Source: Chrysiogenia bacterium (GTDB lineage: Bacteria; Acidobacteriota; Aminicenantia; UBA2199). From it: a stretch of 64,000 nt of DNA. Made by a program: the position numbers and the translations under genes. The stretch lies in NCBI GenBank assembly GCA_043826505.1, contig JBDRQC010000004.1, positions 315,419 to 379,418 of the forward strand, given 5' to 3'. The notes beneath the pieces were generated by a model that was not told where the DNA came from, did not search any database, and saw only the letters and a list, made by a program, of their open reading frames with translations. This document shows positions 20,525 through 31,535 of this stretch, one piece after another. Position 1 is the stretch's first letter. Each line of letters starts with the position of its first letter.

Positions 20525-23500
20525 TTCCCGGTGCTGTTGGCGTGGAAAGACCGATCATACATGGATTCTACTGATATCCCCGGCTGGTAGAAGCGACCGC
20601 CGTACGAGGCGTTGAGCACAGCCGTAAAGGTTTTCCTGGCGCCCGCGCCCAGGCGGAAATAGGTGAGGATGCGATCATCACGGACATCCTGGTAATCGAA
20701 ATAGCCGCCGGCCGGTTCGTCGGTGAACAGGCGCGGGTTGGCGATCTGGCAGCCGGCGGGGACGATGTGGGTAAGGGCCAGGTTGCTCAGCGACTGCTTG
20801 CTGAGGTTGGTGATGTCCACCTTCACCTGGAAATCTCTCCCCTGGGTGAGGCTGGCCGTGTCCAGCGCCGCGCCGTTCAGGTCCAGGTAGGACACCTGCA
20901 GGCGCAGGTTGTTTTCATGCGCCTGCTCTCCGCCGGCAGGGGGAATGCCGGCGATGGCGGCGGTCACGTACAGCCGGCCTTCGCCCGGGTTGGTGACAGT
21001 CAGCGTGCGCTCCCTGGCGGTGAAGGGGGAATACTCTTGCTGAAAGAAGGGGACGACGGCCTCCACTTCACTGGGCTTCTCGCCCTGCCAGCCCGCCTTG
21101 AAGCGGAAGGGCTTGGCCGGGGAGCCCCCGTAATAGGAGGCGATGGCCATGAGGGCATAGGCGGTTTCCTGGGTGGAATACCAGGTGTCGCTGGCCATGA
21201 CCCCGACGATCTCTTCAAGAAATTTCCTGGCGCGGCCGGGCTGGCCCATGTGCACCAGCGTGCGCACCATGACGGCTTTATCGCGGAAATCTGAGCCGAA
21301 GGTGCGGCTGTCGTCTCGGTATTTCGCGATCTGCCACGTGCATTTCCGCAGCAGGTCTTCGGCGGCCTCGTCCTGGCCGCTGGCCTGGAACGCCCCGGCC
21401 AAAAGCACGGCGGCAGCGCTCTCCAGCCCGGTGTTTTCCCGCAGACGGTTCATGGCCCCCAGGTCGGCCGCCCCGGCCAGGGCCAAGGTATACAGGCGGA
21501 AGGCCTGGACCAGGCGGCCCTGCTCCGGACCCGCGGTCCAGGAATTGGCCAGTGTTTTCTGATGCTTTTTCCAGGGATCAATCATGGTGACCGGGACCCG
21601 GTAGCCGAGGCGGGAGGCCTCCAGCAGGAAATAGCCGGCATAGGCCGATGTCCAATGATGCACCTCGTATTCACCCGGCCAGTACGAGAACCCGCCGCCG
21701 GGCGCCTGGAAGCCGCGCATTTTTTCGATCGCCGTGGCAATATATGTTTCGATCTTTTTTTGCTGCCCGGCGTCCAGCTTTATCAGGTATTTCAGGTAAA
21801 GCTGCGGGAAGGCGGTGGAGAGGGTCTGCTCCAGGCAGCCGTGGGGATAGCGGATCAGGAACTGCAGCCGCTTCTGCAGGTTGAAGGGAGGCAGCATCGA
21901 GTACTCCAGGGTCACATCGTTGGTCCCCTTCAGTCCGAACGCCTTGATCACGATCTGGCGCGACTCACCGGGCGGCACCTCTGTATGCAGCGTCTCCAGG
22001 ATTCGCGGATTGGCGGCCAGGATGGGGATGGCGGTGCGGCTCTCGGCCTTGCGCGAGCCGGCCGTGGCCTTGATATAAACGGAACCCTGGCCAATGCCCG
22101 TGTTCACTGTAACCGGGAAGAAGACGATCTCGTCTCCCGGCTTCTTGAATTCGATAACCTTGATCTTCGGCCCGTCCACCAGGAACCGGTCACCGGCGTC
22201 GATCTGGACCTGCACCTTGCGGATGCCGGCATGGCTGACGAAGACCGAGACGGGGAGGTCGAAGGTCTCGCCCGGCCGGACGACCCGCGGCAGGGTGGGC
22301 AGGATCATCAGGTCCTGGCGCACCGGCACCGATTGCTCCGCCACGCCGAAGGCGCCGTCCCTCCCGGCCACGGCCATGACCCGCACTGCCCCTACATACT
22401 GAGGCATGGTGAATTTGTGTTCCGCTGTTTTCCCGGCTTCCAGAGAGAAAGGCCCGGCGAAAAGCACCACCGGCGGGAAACGCCGCTGCTTTTTCTCGGC
22501 GCCGGCGCCGGCGCCTTGTTCATCGCCGCCCAGGGCCAGGAGGCGCGAAAGATCCGCACCATACGCTTCGGCAATATCGTCAAAGAGGTCCCAGGTGAGG
22601 ACGCCCAGGGCCTCGCGGCTGTAGAACTTTCGGCGCAGGTCGGGAGCGGCGTAGCGCGTCAGCCCCAGCAACCCCTCGTCGACCACGGCCAGGGTATATG
22701 TCATGGCCCGCCCTGACTTTTCCTCCACTCCGACCTTGAACTCCTGCAGGGGCTTCAGCTCGCCGGCCACCTTGACCTTCGGCTCTAACCGCGTATGCGG
22801 GTTCTCCACCATGACCGGGATGACGCCGTACAGGCGGATGGGCGTATCGCTCTTCTTGCCCGAGTGGGGCTGCAGCAGTGTGACGTGAACATAGATGTTG
22901 GGGCTCATGCTCTCGTCAAGCTCAATTTCAAAGCGGTTTTCGCCTGCCTTGGTGCTCACCCACATTTGTTTCAGTATGCGAGAGTTGTTCTCCAGCGAGA
23001 CCAGCGCCCGCCCCTGGGAAGCGTCGGGGAGGAAGATGGTCGCCTTTTCCCCAACCTGATAATGCTCCTTGTCGGCGCTGAAATTGAGCCGCGTGGCACC
23101 GCTGCCCTTCTCCTCCCTGGCGCGGCCCGCCCAACCCGGCCAGTCGATGTAGATGGCCTTGCCGGCGGCGTGGCCGCTCTGCGGATCGACCACGCGGACC
23201 AAATATCGGCCCCACTGCGGGTACTTGATCTGGAATTTCCACTGGCCGGTGCCGTCGCGGGTCGCGACCTCGCCCTTCAGCAACGGAACATGACTGGTGT
23301 TGGCGATGTACTGGGCCAGCGAGTCGCCGCTCCTGTCCCACCACCACTTCCATTCAACCTTGTAGAGGCTGACCTCCAGCTTGTCACTGGAGACGGGTTT
23401 GCCCTCGGGATCGACGGTAACGATCTGCAGGAGATGCTCCTGGTCGGTGAGCAGCATGCCGCGCATCTCGTCGCCCTTGGGGACGCGGATGCCGACGAAA

Positions 23501-26025
23501 CTTTTATAAGGGTAAAAGGGCAGGGTCACAGCGTCGCTCGAAAAATCGCCGCTCTCCTCGAAGACACGGACAGTGAACTGGGCGTCCATCATCCCCGGCG
23601 CCGCCTCATCCATCTCGAGATTGATGGGAAAATTGGCAAGGCCATCGGCATCCAGCCGGCCGTCGGCAACCTTCTGTTCGGAGGCGGTGACCACACGGGC
23701 CGGGTCGTCGAAGACGTAGTCGGGCCAGCGCGGGAAGCTGGTGGGCCGCGGCGCCAGGCGCACCCTGGCGTCGAACTTAAGGTTGGCGGCCACGGCCCCG
23801 TGCAGCCACTGGCTGCGGAGAGCAGCTTCAGTATCCTTTTCCTTGACCAGTTTTTCCGCTCCCGGTTGAAAATCGATCTTCAGACGGTTGGGTACCACGG
23901 TTTCGATCTTGACATTCTGCTCGAAAGAGAGGCCGCCGACCAGTACCCTGGCCTTCCAGTTGCCGGTCGGGGCCGCTTCGGCCGTGCGCAGGCGGAAGGA
24001 ATGGAAGGCGTCAAGCGACCGGGCCGGTTTGCTGGTCTGGATCAATTGCCCCTTGGGGTTGTACAGCTCGAGGAGCACCGGGTGCTCGGCGGGCAGTTTG
24101 TGCTCGCGGTCGAAGAGGACGAATGTCAGGTACAGGTCGTCGCCGGGGCGCCAGACGCCCCGTTCGCCGTAAATGGTCCCCTTGATCCCTTTCTGCACTT
24201 TTTCGCCGCCCACATCGAAATGGCTTGTCGCCAGAGCACCCTCCTTGCTCAGGCGCAAGTATCCCCTATCCTTCCCCTGCGCGGCTTCTATGAAGAACGG
24301 CTGGCCGGGGAGCTTCAGGGTGAGGAACCCAGATCCGTCACTGCTGCCCTCACCGAGCAGCTGGTTCTGAAAATTGAAAGCGCGAACCAGGACCCCGGCC
24401 TGGGGCTCGGCCGTGCGAATGTCGGTCGTGACCACGTGCAGGTCGAAGCCATCACCGCGCTTGGCCACCAATCCCAGGTTCGAGGCCAGGAAGTTGCGGG
24501 CCTGAACCGCTCCGTTGTTGAAGCGCGGGTTGTAATAGGCGTCTTTGCAGGGATCGCTGCGGTCGGCCCATCCGTTTCTCCCTTCCTGGTAATAATAATC
24601 GTAGGAGTAATCCCAGTTGGAATAATCACGGTAGGAGACATCGTCCTGGTTCTGCAGGGAGGGTTCCGGGACCGGCGCATCGTTGTTGGTGCATGGATAA
24701 GCCGAATTGCCGCGGTTGAAGGAGAGGCTAATGCGAAAAATGCTTCCCGGGTTCTCACTCAGGAGCTGGGTCACGTCCAGGCTGTAGCGGCGCCAATTGC
24801 CGGTTTCCCCGGCTTGATCGCTGAGGGGCACGGTCCGGCGCCACAGGAAACGGCCGACCATGGAGAGATTTTCCCGGCCTTCCAGGTTGTTCTGCTGGAA
24901 GAACTGCGCCATATTGTTCTGGAAGATCTGGAACGTCGTCACCTGGATGGATCTGAGGCTGACCGCCTCGAAAGGAATGGTCAGTTTTTCCTTGTCGGGC
25001 AGTATGACGCCCTTGCCCACGAAACGGACCTGCGGCGACAGCCGCTGGAAGGATAACGTTCGCCTGAGATTCTTCTCCAGCCTGCGGTCGTTGAAATTGC
25101 GGACGCCGGGGTTGATGCTGACCTCGACCGCAGCGTCGAAACCTTTGCTGGAAAAGACACGGACCACGTTGTTGTCGATCTCGAAGGTGGGCTCGTGCCC
25201 CGGTATGGTGATCAGGCCCTTCAAATTCTGGCTCTTTTTCAGAGGGTCGGAAAAGCGCAGCAGGACACATGCGGCCGGCTCGAGGACCGCCTCGGCTTCC
25301 AGAAGGTCGAATTGGCCCAGCGAAGGCACATCGACCTGGCGCGAGCCCTTCTGTTCGGCGCCAACCGGAGAACCGTCCCATTTCACCTCGACCCGGCTGG
25401 GCTGTTCATGGCGCTGAATGGCCCGGATGACAAAGCTGTGGCTCCTCCCTTCGTTCTCGTGAGCCCAGTCTATGGCCAGGGCCTTACCTGCATGGCTGGC
25501 GGAGAGGATCTTTTTGACGGCAACGCCATCCTGTCTGTCGCGAGTGGTCAGCATGCCGCGCAGCAGGAAGCGGTTGGGCGATATCTCGTCGAGCGGAGCG
25601 AGCCCTTCCAGATTGATCGCCAGCGACTCGCGGATCACCGAAAAAGTGAACTCGAAGCGCGCATATGCCCGGGGCAGGCTCATGAATTTGCGGATATGCA
25701 AAACAGCGCGGTAGCTGGTTCCGGGAACCAGATCCCGGTCCGGGGTGAAGACCAGCTCCCGGGGCGATCGCCATTCTGTTTTTCCGGAAAGGGCCGGGCT
25801 GAATTCCAGGTAGTCTTCGAGTTCGGCAGGATCCTGGCCCTCAGTGCCGACGTTGCCCACAAAAAGGACCCGGACCTGGGCCTGACGGGAAATGTCCCCG
25901 GAGGTGTAGGCGCTGATATAGCGGTACCACTCCTGGTCCTTCGGGCTTTTGGCCTTTTTGCAGGACAACTGGAGAAACGTGATCCAAAAAATTCCCAGTA
26001 GAACAATGGTGCCGAATTTTTTCAT
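20503..26025 (-). CDS. Bacterial alpha-2-macroglobulin lipoprotein
   Basis: 1840 aa; lipobox LSC; ERGVWRPGD; thioester motif YPHGCLEQ; paired with pbpC. Confidence 0.95.
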   Translation of the reverse strand: MKKFGTIVLLGIFWITFLQLSCKKAKSPKDQEWYRYISAYTSGDISRQAQVRVLFVGNVGTEGQDPAELEDYLEFSPALSGKTEWRSPRELVFTPDRDLVPGTSYRAVLHIRKFMSLPRAYARFEFTFSVIRESLAINLEGLAPLDEISPNRFLLRGMLTTRDRQDGVAVKKILSASHAGKALAIDWAHENEGRSHSFVIRAIQRHEQPSRVEVKWDGSPVGAEQKGSRQVDVPSLGQFDLLEAEAVLEPAACVLLRFSDPLKKSQNLKGLITIPGHEPTFEIDNNVVRVFSSKGFDAAVEVSINPGVRNFNDRRLEKNLRRTLSFQRLSPQVRFVGKGVILPDKEKLTIPFEAVSLRSIQVTTFQIFQNNMAQFFQQNNLEGRENLSMVGRFLWRRTVPLSDQAGETGNWRRYSLDVTQLLSENPGSIFRISLSFNRGNSAYPCTNNDAPVPEPSLQNQDDVSYRDYSNWDYSYDYYYQEGRNGWADRSDPCKDAYYNPRFNNGAVQARNFLASNLGLVAKRGDGFDLHVVTTDIRTAEPQAGVLVRAFNFQNQLLGEGSSDGSGFLTLKLPGQPFFIEAAQGKDRGYLRLSKEGALATSHFDVGGEKVQKGIKGTIYGERGVWRPGDDLYLTFVLFDREHKLPAEHPVLLELYNPKGQLIQTSKPARSLDAFHSFRLRTAEAAPTGNWKARVLVGGLSFEQNVKIETVVPNRLKIDFQPGAEKLVKEKDTEAALRSQWLHGAVAANLKFDARVRLAPRPTSFPRWPDYVFDDPARVVTASEQKVADGRLDADGLANFPINLEMDEAAPGMMDAQFTVRVFEESGDFSSDAVTLPFYPYKSFVGIRVPKGDEMRGMLLTDQEHLLQIVTVDPEGKPVSSDKLEVSLYKVEWKWWWDRSGDSLAQYIANTSHVPLLKGEVATRDGTGQWKFQIKYPQWGRYLVRVVDPQSGHAAGKAIYIDWPGWAGRAREEKGSGATRLNFSADKEHYQVGEKATIFLPDASQGRALVSLENNSRILKQMWVSTKAGENRFEIELDESMSPNIYVHVTLLQPHSGKKSDTPIRLYGVIPVMVENPHTRLEPKVKVAGELKPLQEFKVGVEEKSGRAMTYTLAVVDEGLLGLTRYAAPDLRRKFYSREALGVLTWDLFDDIAEAYGADLSRLLALGGDEQGAGAGAEKKQRRFPPVVLFAGPFSLEAGKTAEHKFTMPQYVGAVRVMAVAGRDGAFGVAEQSVPVRQDLMILPTLPRVVRPGETFDLPVSVFVSHAGIRKVQVQIDAGDRFLVDGPKIKVIEFKKPGDEIVFFPVTVNTGIGQGSVYIKATAGSRKAESRTAIPILAANPRILETLHTEVPPGESRQIVIKAFGLKGTNDVTLEYSMLPPFNLQKRLQFLIRYPHGCLEQTLSTAFPQLYLKYLIKLDAGQQKKIETYIATAIEKMRGFQAPGGGFSYWPGEYEVHHWTSAYAGYFLLEASRLGYRVPVTMIDPWKKHQKTLANSWTAGPEQGRLVQAFRLYTLALAGAADLGAMNRLRENTGLESAAAVLLAGAFQASGQDEAAEDLLRKCTWQIAKYRDDSRTFGSDFRDKAVMVRTLVHMGQPGRARKFLEEIVGVMASDTWYSTQETAYALMAIASYYGGSPAKPFRFKAGWQGEKPSEVEAVVPFFQQEYSPFTARERTLTVTNPGEGRLYVTAAIAGIPPAGGEQAHENNLRLQVSYLDLNGAALDTASLTQGRDFQVKVDITNLSKQSLSNLALTHIVPAGCQIANPRLFTDEPAGGYFDYQDVRDDRILTYFRLGAGARKTFTAVLNASYGGRFYQPGISVESMYDRSFHANSTGKWVEITR

Positions 26026-26191
26026 GTGCCCCCTCCTCTGTCAAAGGGAAAATATATCATAAAAATTAGTAAAATAAATCACACTTGAACAATGCGGCCG
26101 TAAGTTTGAAGGAAACGCAAGTTATTTCTGCATGCCGGATGCGAACGGCGGGCCCTGGCGATTGCCAATATCCTGAAAATTGCTGCCATTT

Positions 26192-27757
26192 TTATCTTGC
26201 CAAAAAATGAAACTTTTGTCGCAACCAATCCCCGGGAAGGAGACCATGAATAAACCTGCGGTCATCGCTGTTCAGAACAAGCAAATAGACGGTGCCCAAA
26301 TAAAAGACAGTGCAGCCGCATAAAAATACCGATAATTCCAGCCAGCCGTTCACCGCGAATAAATCCGCAAGCATGAAGACGGCGACGGTCACAAAAATGG
26401 CGGCGGCGAATATCGCCATGGTCTTCTTCAGGTAGAACATGGCTCCGATCTTCTGGATGCAAGCGGAATAAATGGGAGTAAAAAAAAGCCCCCTTGCATT
26501 CAGGGAAATAATACCTGCCAGGGCCACACCGGTCAGGCCGAAGTCAAGCTTGACGAAAATCACGGCCAGGAGAATATTCATTATACCCAGCGCAATGGTC
26601 ACGATGGCCGGAATTTTTATTTTGTTATGGGCGAAATTCAAACCGTAAAACGGCCGGCAGACCGTCTCCATGAAAATGGAAAAAAGCATCATGACCAGTA
26701 AATAGTCCAACGCGGCAAAGTCCTTTCCCAGCCAGGTACCCAACATCGGCTTGGCGGCGCCGGCAATCAACGCCACGGGAAGCATCATCAACAATCCCAT
26801 CAATTTGACGGCCTGCGATGCTTTTCTAATCATTTTATCCCTGTCGCCATCGGCATAGAGGTTGATGAAGGTCGGTTGCAGTATCGTTCCAATTGAAAAC
26901 CCGAGATACTGGATCAATACTGAAAGCTGCATGACTGCTGCATATTTTCCTGCGGCCTGGGCGCCCAGCAGCATATTCGTCAGCAGCAGGCTGGACTTGA
27001 AAAAGAAGAAAGCTCCGACCTGGTTGACGATCAGCCAAAAGCCAAAAGCCCACAGCTTCCTTAAAACAACCGCGTCAAAAAAACCGAACGAAAGCTTTAT
27101 TTGCGGGGTCAATCTCCTGAAGGCAAGATAGTCCATGATAAGCCAAACAAGAGAAGCCGTTAAATAGCAGTTGGCGACAACGTAAAGGTTCGCGGAAAAA
27201 ATACGGAAAAACAGGACCAAAAAAAGCAAGCGTACAGTGAAATAGATGATCTGGTTGAAATTTTTTATGTCAAACCGGTTCCTGGCCCAGCTGGATACGG
27301 CAAAAGCGCTGCGGATAAATTGCAGCAAAAAACTGATGGCTACGACAATAAAGAGATAGCGCGAACTGGTTTCATGGCCTGAAGGAATGTCAAAGATCCT
27401 GGTGATAAAGATATTTACAAGAAAGACCAGGGGCAACAAAAGCAAGACCCACAAAATATTCCCGAAAAAAAGGGAGTTGAATGTCTTGTTCACCCGTTCC
27501 TGATCCCGGCTTTTGAGGTTCAGGATCAGCTCCCTGCCGGCGGAATTGTTCATGGCAATCGTAAAGACAAACACATAATTCGAGATGGAGACAAAAAGCA
27601 TGACTATGCCGAACAACTCAAGGTCCAGATGTCTGATCAAAAACGGCGTTAAAACAAGGGCGCTGGTTCCCTGAACAAAAATCAGGGCAAAGCTGGAAAC
27701 AAAATTGGGCAAAAACTGCCGCTTCAAACTCGTTGCTTCGGATTCTTCATTGTTCAT
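26192..27757 (-). CDS. Polysaccharide/oligosaccharide flippase (Wzx, MOP superfamily)
   Basis: 12-14 TM helices; LTPFLIRHL..E.FG N-terminal motif; lower GC than neighbours. Confidence 0.82.
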   Translation of the reverse strand: MNNEESEATSLKRQFLPNFVSSFALIFVQGTSALVLTPFLIRHLDLELFGIVMLFVSISNYVFVFTIAMNNSAGRELILNLKSRDQERVNKTFNSLFFGNILWVLLLLPLVFLVNIFITRIFDIPSGHETSSRYLFIVVAISFLLQFIRSAFAVSSWARNRFDIKNFNQIIYFTVRLLFLVLFFRIFSANLYVVANCYLTASLVWLIMDYLAFRRLTPQIKLSFGFFDAVVLRKLWAFGFWLIVNQVGAFFFFKSSLLLTNMLLGAQAAGKYAAVMQLSVLIQYLGFSIGTILQPTFINLYADGDRDKMIRKASQAVKLMGLLMMLPVALIAGAAKPMLGTWLGKDFAALDYLLVMMLFSIFMETVCRPFYGLNFAHNKIKIPAIVTIALGIMNILLAVIFVKLDFGLTGVALAGIISLNARGLFFTPIYSACIQKIGAMFYLKKTMAIFAAAIFVTVAVFMLADLFAVNGWLELSVFLCGCTVFYLGTVYLLVLNSDDRRFIHGLLPGDWLRQKFHFLAR

Positions 27758-27961
27758 GTAGTTTTTAAAAAGTGAAAATTGAAGTTTTGGAAATTCAACT
27801 TCGCTTTCAAAAGATTTTAAAGAGAATGGCTTCAAATTGCAACAAGTGGAGCGGATGGATTCGCGGAATTGACTGAAAAAGGATTTAAAAAAAGATGCAT
27901 GACCCAAAATCACCGATCATTTTTCAATCTATCCGCTGTTCCGGGCTGATATCGCAGCGAA

Positions 27962-28870
27962 TTAATTAACAAAGAGCAGGGTGACACCCAACAAGGCGAT
28001 CATGGTTCCGACAATTGCCCGAGGAGTGATTTTTTCTTTGAAGAGGAAATAAGACACCGGCAGCAAAATTACGGGAGTGAGGGACATCAGAGTGGAGGCG
28101 ACACCGATAGAGGCGTGGGCGATGGCCACCAATGACAAAACGACTCCCAGCGCCGGCCCGGTCAAAGCCCCGGCGGTGATCTCCAGCAGCGCTTTTTTAT
28201 CTTTCATTTTAGCCAGGTGGGCATGAATCTTGCCCTGGAAAAGACTGATGACCGCCAGGGCAAGGGCGGAGGCGCTGACGCGGACCAGGGTAGCGGAAAT
28301 GGCTGAATAGCCGCCCGCCAGTCCCAGCTTGGAGAACAGCAGCCCCACCGCCTGGCCTAAGGCACCGCCCACGGCCAAAAGGATGCCCAGGCGGTATTTT
28401 CGCGGTTCCCTGGAAGCGAACGACTCAACCGGAGCTATCTTCTCCGCCACCACCCAGGCAATACCGCCGATGGTCACCAGGATGCTGACGATTTCCAGTA
28501 CCGGCAGATTCTCTCCCAGCAGTAGCCAGGCCAGTACGGCGCTGAAAATCGGTACGAGCAGCGACAAAAGCATGGCCAGGCGGGGACCGATCAGCAAGAA
28601 GGATTCAAACAGCATGGCATCGCCGATGACAAATCCGATCAGGCCCGAGACCCCCAGGTAGAGAAAGCGGCGCGGCTCTGCATCGAAAGGGAACAGGGTT
28701 CCTAACAGCAGCAGATGAAGCAGGAGCAGGACCGGGAATGCGATCCACAAGCGGACGTAGTTGACGGTGACCGCCCCCACCCGCTTCCCGGCCCGGGTAA
28801 ATACAACCGAGTTGAACGCCCAGCAAACCGATGTCAGCAGCGCCGCGATTTCACCATAAACACTTGTCAT
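27962..28870 (-). CDS. DMT/EamA-family transporter
   Basis: 10 TM helices in two EamA halves; GLIGFVIGD..LF, FKEKIT. Confidence 0.9.
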   Translation of the reverse strand: MTSVYGEIAALLTSVCWAFNSVVFTRAGKRVGAVTVNYVRLWIAFPVLLLLHLLLLGTLFPFDAEPRRFLYLGVSGLIGFVIGDAMLFESFLLIGPRLAMLLSLLVPIFSAVLAWLLLGENLPVLEIVSILVTIGGIAWVVAEKIAPVESFASREPRKYRLGILLAVGGALGQAVGLLFSKLGLAGGYSAISATLVRVSASALALAVISLFQGKIHAHLAKMKDKKALLEITAGALTGPALGVVLSLVAIAHASIGVASTLMSLTPVILLPVSYFLFKEKITPRAIVGTMIALLGVTLLFVN

Positions 28871-29082
28871 TTCATTTTACCTGGAGGAAAGAGTCTGGAA
28901 GCTGAATGATAACAAGATTTAACTTTTAAAAAAAGGCTGGAAAATAATTTCGCCAGGTACTTCAGCATTGTCTTTCCGCCGACAATCCCTGAACCGGGAT
29001 CAATTATATTGGCGGACAGGCGTGTATGATATGTGAAATATCAATTAAAAGTGGTTTTGCAAGAATTGGTCCGGCTTTTCCT

Positions 29083-31362
29083 TCAATTGGCTATAAGGCC
29101 GTTTTTTCCTTTCTGCGGTTGGATTTCCATATCGGTGATGACGATTCTCTGACCGGCCCGAACGAACAGGATATCCTTGATTTTGTCAAAACCGGTGAAG
29201 AATTCACCTTTTTGCTCGGTAAGTTTTGTCAATGAAAACCCCATCATCACCAGATCGGCTCCTGCGGAATGCTCGTTCACCAATTCTTCGAAAGGGACTT
29301 TCTTCTTTTCCCAGGAAATCCTTTGAACATTGCTTTTTGATATGGGAATACGGCCGATGTCGATCAATTTGTTCAGATGGGCAACCTGGCGATCCAGTTC
29401 TTTTTCATCAAAAGCGGCAAAGAGGGTGATATCGCATCCCAGCCAGTCGCGATGCCCTTTCATTATATAGGCCAGCAGGATCATCAGGCTGGCATTACGA
29501 TAATCACCGGGAGTAAGCCAGATGTCTATCCTTTTTTTGTATCCGAAATGCCTCTCGGAGGATCTCAGCACGGCGATATTAAAATCAACGACAGCGGCAA
29601 AATGGCAGCCGCCGATTATTTCCTCTAAGGCGGCAGGTTTGCTTTCATGAAATTCAAAAAGGACGGTATTGTTTTCCATCCCGGCAATGCCGGGGATCTG
29701 GACAATCTGGGCCACGGCTGTTTTAAAAGAAGGAGAAATAATGGTGTCCACATATATCCCGGCCTGGCTCGTAGTGGCTTGTTCGATCAATTGGCCGAGT
29801 CTCAGTTTTGCCTCCTTTTTGGTGTCTTGATCGAGAGGACCTTTGATGAAATGCATGTAAGTGCCGAATCCATAATAATGCGAGATCCAGCGGAGCAAAT
29901 CAAACGGGGCCAGGCGCTCCAGTGAGGCTTCGGAAACCGCTATCAATGATGGCCGCCAATTTGTCAGTGTGACCTGCGGCCGTTTCTTCTGGATAATGAC
30001 CTGCAAGCGCCGGGTGGCTTGAAAGAGAACCCCTTTGATCATGGCCGACAGATCGTCTTCACCTTTCGACGATCTTTTCAGGCTGAAATAGATGCCGATG
30101 ATGGCCAACAGGGCGGCCAGGGCATACAGGGGCGCCATTTGAAACATCATGATGAAACAAGCCAAGGCGCCGATCAAGGAGAAATACCAGCGGGAGCGGA
30201 AGGTGGGGCGGTAGGAAGGATTGCCGGCAAAATGCTCCAGAAAACTGACCAGGCACAAAGACCCATAGGTTATCATGAAAAACATGCTGATGATCTGGGC
30301 AACGAAATCCACGCTTCCCAGCGACACAAAAACAAGCGCAATGACGGATGTGATCAGCGTGGCGTTGACGGGCTCATTCACATTGCCCCGGCCGGATTTC
30401 AGGAAATTATTGATGGTTTTTGAGGGGAACATGTCATCCGTTGCCAGGGCTTGCAGGGTTCTTGGGGCGATTAGGATGGAGCCGATCGCCGAAGAGATGG
30501 TGGCGGCAGCCAGGCCAATGGGAATGATCGGTCCCCATAAGGCGATTTTGCTCATGGCAAATTGATTGCTGGCCAATTCTGCGGGAGACAAGCTCAAAGA
30601 TAATTTGACGACCACAAAAAAATAGACAAGCATGCCGGTAATGGTTGCGGTGAGAGTGCCGAGGGGAATGGATTTTCGCGGGTTTTTCAGATCACCCGAC
30701 AGGCCCACGCCGGCAGTCATGCCTGTAAATGCCGGAAATACGATAGCAAAAACCAGGAAAAAACTGCTGGGATTTTCGATTTTGGCAAAAAAATCCAAAT
30801 TATGAATCGGCGTAGTCGATTTTCCCAGAAAGAAAAAAAACAATGATATCCCCAAGGTAACGACCACGATCCAAAGTAATGATACTCCCATATTGGCACC
30901 CTTTTTCAAAATGACCACTAACAGGATCAGGGTTGCCGGAATACTGATCATCCATAGTTTGGGATCAATATGAAGCTGGGAGCGAATCCAGGAAAAAGCC
31001 GGACTGAAAGCTTCGGCAAAAGCGATCATATAAAATGCCACCGATATGGCCTGGGAAAAATAGAGCGAGATGCCGATCGTCCCGCCGACAGTGCGGCCGA
31101 ATGAACGGCTGATGATGAAATACTCTCCGCCGCCTTCGACTTTCAGGTTGGTGGCGATCTCGGCGATGGCCAATGCCGTGGGAATGGTGATGGCATGGCC
31201 GATTAAAATGATCAATATCGCTCCGAATAAACCGGTATGGGCGACGGCAAAACCGAATCTGAGGAATAAAATGGCTCCCAATATGGTGCTGATCGCAGCC
31301 AGAAAAACCGGCGCTGTTCCGAAACCATGTCCCTGATCGTGTTTTTTATGATTCATTTTCAT
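29083..31362 (-). CDS. Cation-chloride cotransporter (SLC12/CCC-like APC transporter)
   Basis: ILFLR, GGGEYFIISRSFG, FPAFTGMTAG..LSGDLKNPRKSIPLGT, NWRP, plus a long cytoplasmic C-terminal domain. Confidence 0.85.
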   Translation of the reverse strand: MKMNHKKHDQGHGFGTAPVFLAAISTILGAILFLRFGFAVAHTGLFGAILIILIGHAITIPTALAIAEIATNLKVEGGGEYFIISRSFGRTVGGTIGISLYFSQAISVAFYMIAFAEAFSPAFSWIRSQLHIDPKLWMISIPATLILLVVILKKGANMGVSLLWIVVVTLGISLFFFFLGKSTTPIHNLDFFAKIENPSSFFLVFAIVFPAFTGMTAGVGLSGDLKNPRKSIPLGTLTATITGMLVYFFVVVKLSLSLSPAELASNQFAMSKIALWGPIIPIGLAAATISSAIGSILIAPRTLQALATDDMFPSKTINNFLKSGRGNVNEPVNATLITSVIALVFVSLGSVDFVAQIISMFFMITYGSLCLVSFLEHFAGNPSYRPTFRSRWYFSLIGALACFIMMFQMAPLYALAALLAIIGIYFSLKRSSKGEDDLSAMIKGVLFQATRRLQVIIQKKRPQVTLTNWRPSLIAVSEASLERLAPFDLLRWISHYYGFGTYMHFIKGPLDQDTKKEAKLRLGQLIEQATTSQAGIYVDTIISPSFKTAVAQIVQIPGIAGMENNTVLFEFHESKPAALEEIIGGCHFAAVVDFNIAVLRSSERHFGYKKRIDIWLTPGDYRNASLMILLAYIMKGHRDWLGCDITLFAAFDEKELDRQVAHLNKLIDIGRIPISKSNVQRISWEKKKVPFEELVNEHSAGADLVMMGFSLTKLTEQKGEFFTGFDKIKDILFVRAGQRIVITDMEIQPQKGKNGLIAN

Positions 31363-31535
31363 AAAAAAAAATCCTTTTGATCCTTATATTCCGGCGCTAT
31401 TGTATCATGGCTTTATGCCAAAATATACAATTCACTGAGCCGAGTCTTGAGTTTTTCAGGACAGAATTTGATTATACGGCCCCATCCGTCACCCGTTCAC
31501 CTGCCGATCCGCAGAATTTCCTGGCCCAGCCCTGG

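Noticed and set aside
22795-25056. 753-aa ORF on the + strand
   Set aside because: Antisense shadow of the alpha-2-macroglobulin gene, expected from GC-rich codon bias; no recognisable motifs
18158-26025. alpha-2-macroglobulin + pbpC as a novel system
   Set aside because: Well-known conserved gene pair with an ordinary intact CxEQ thioester
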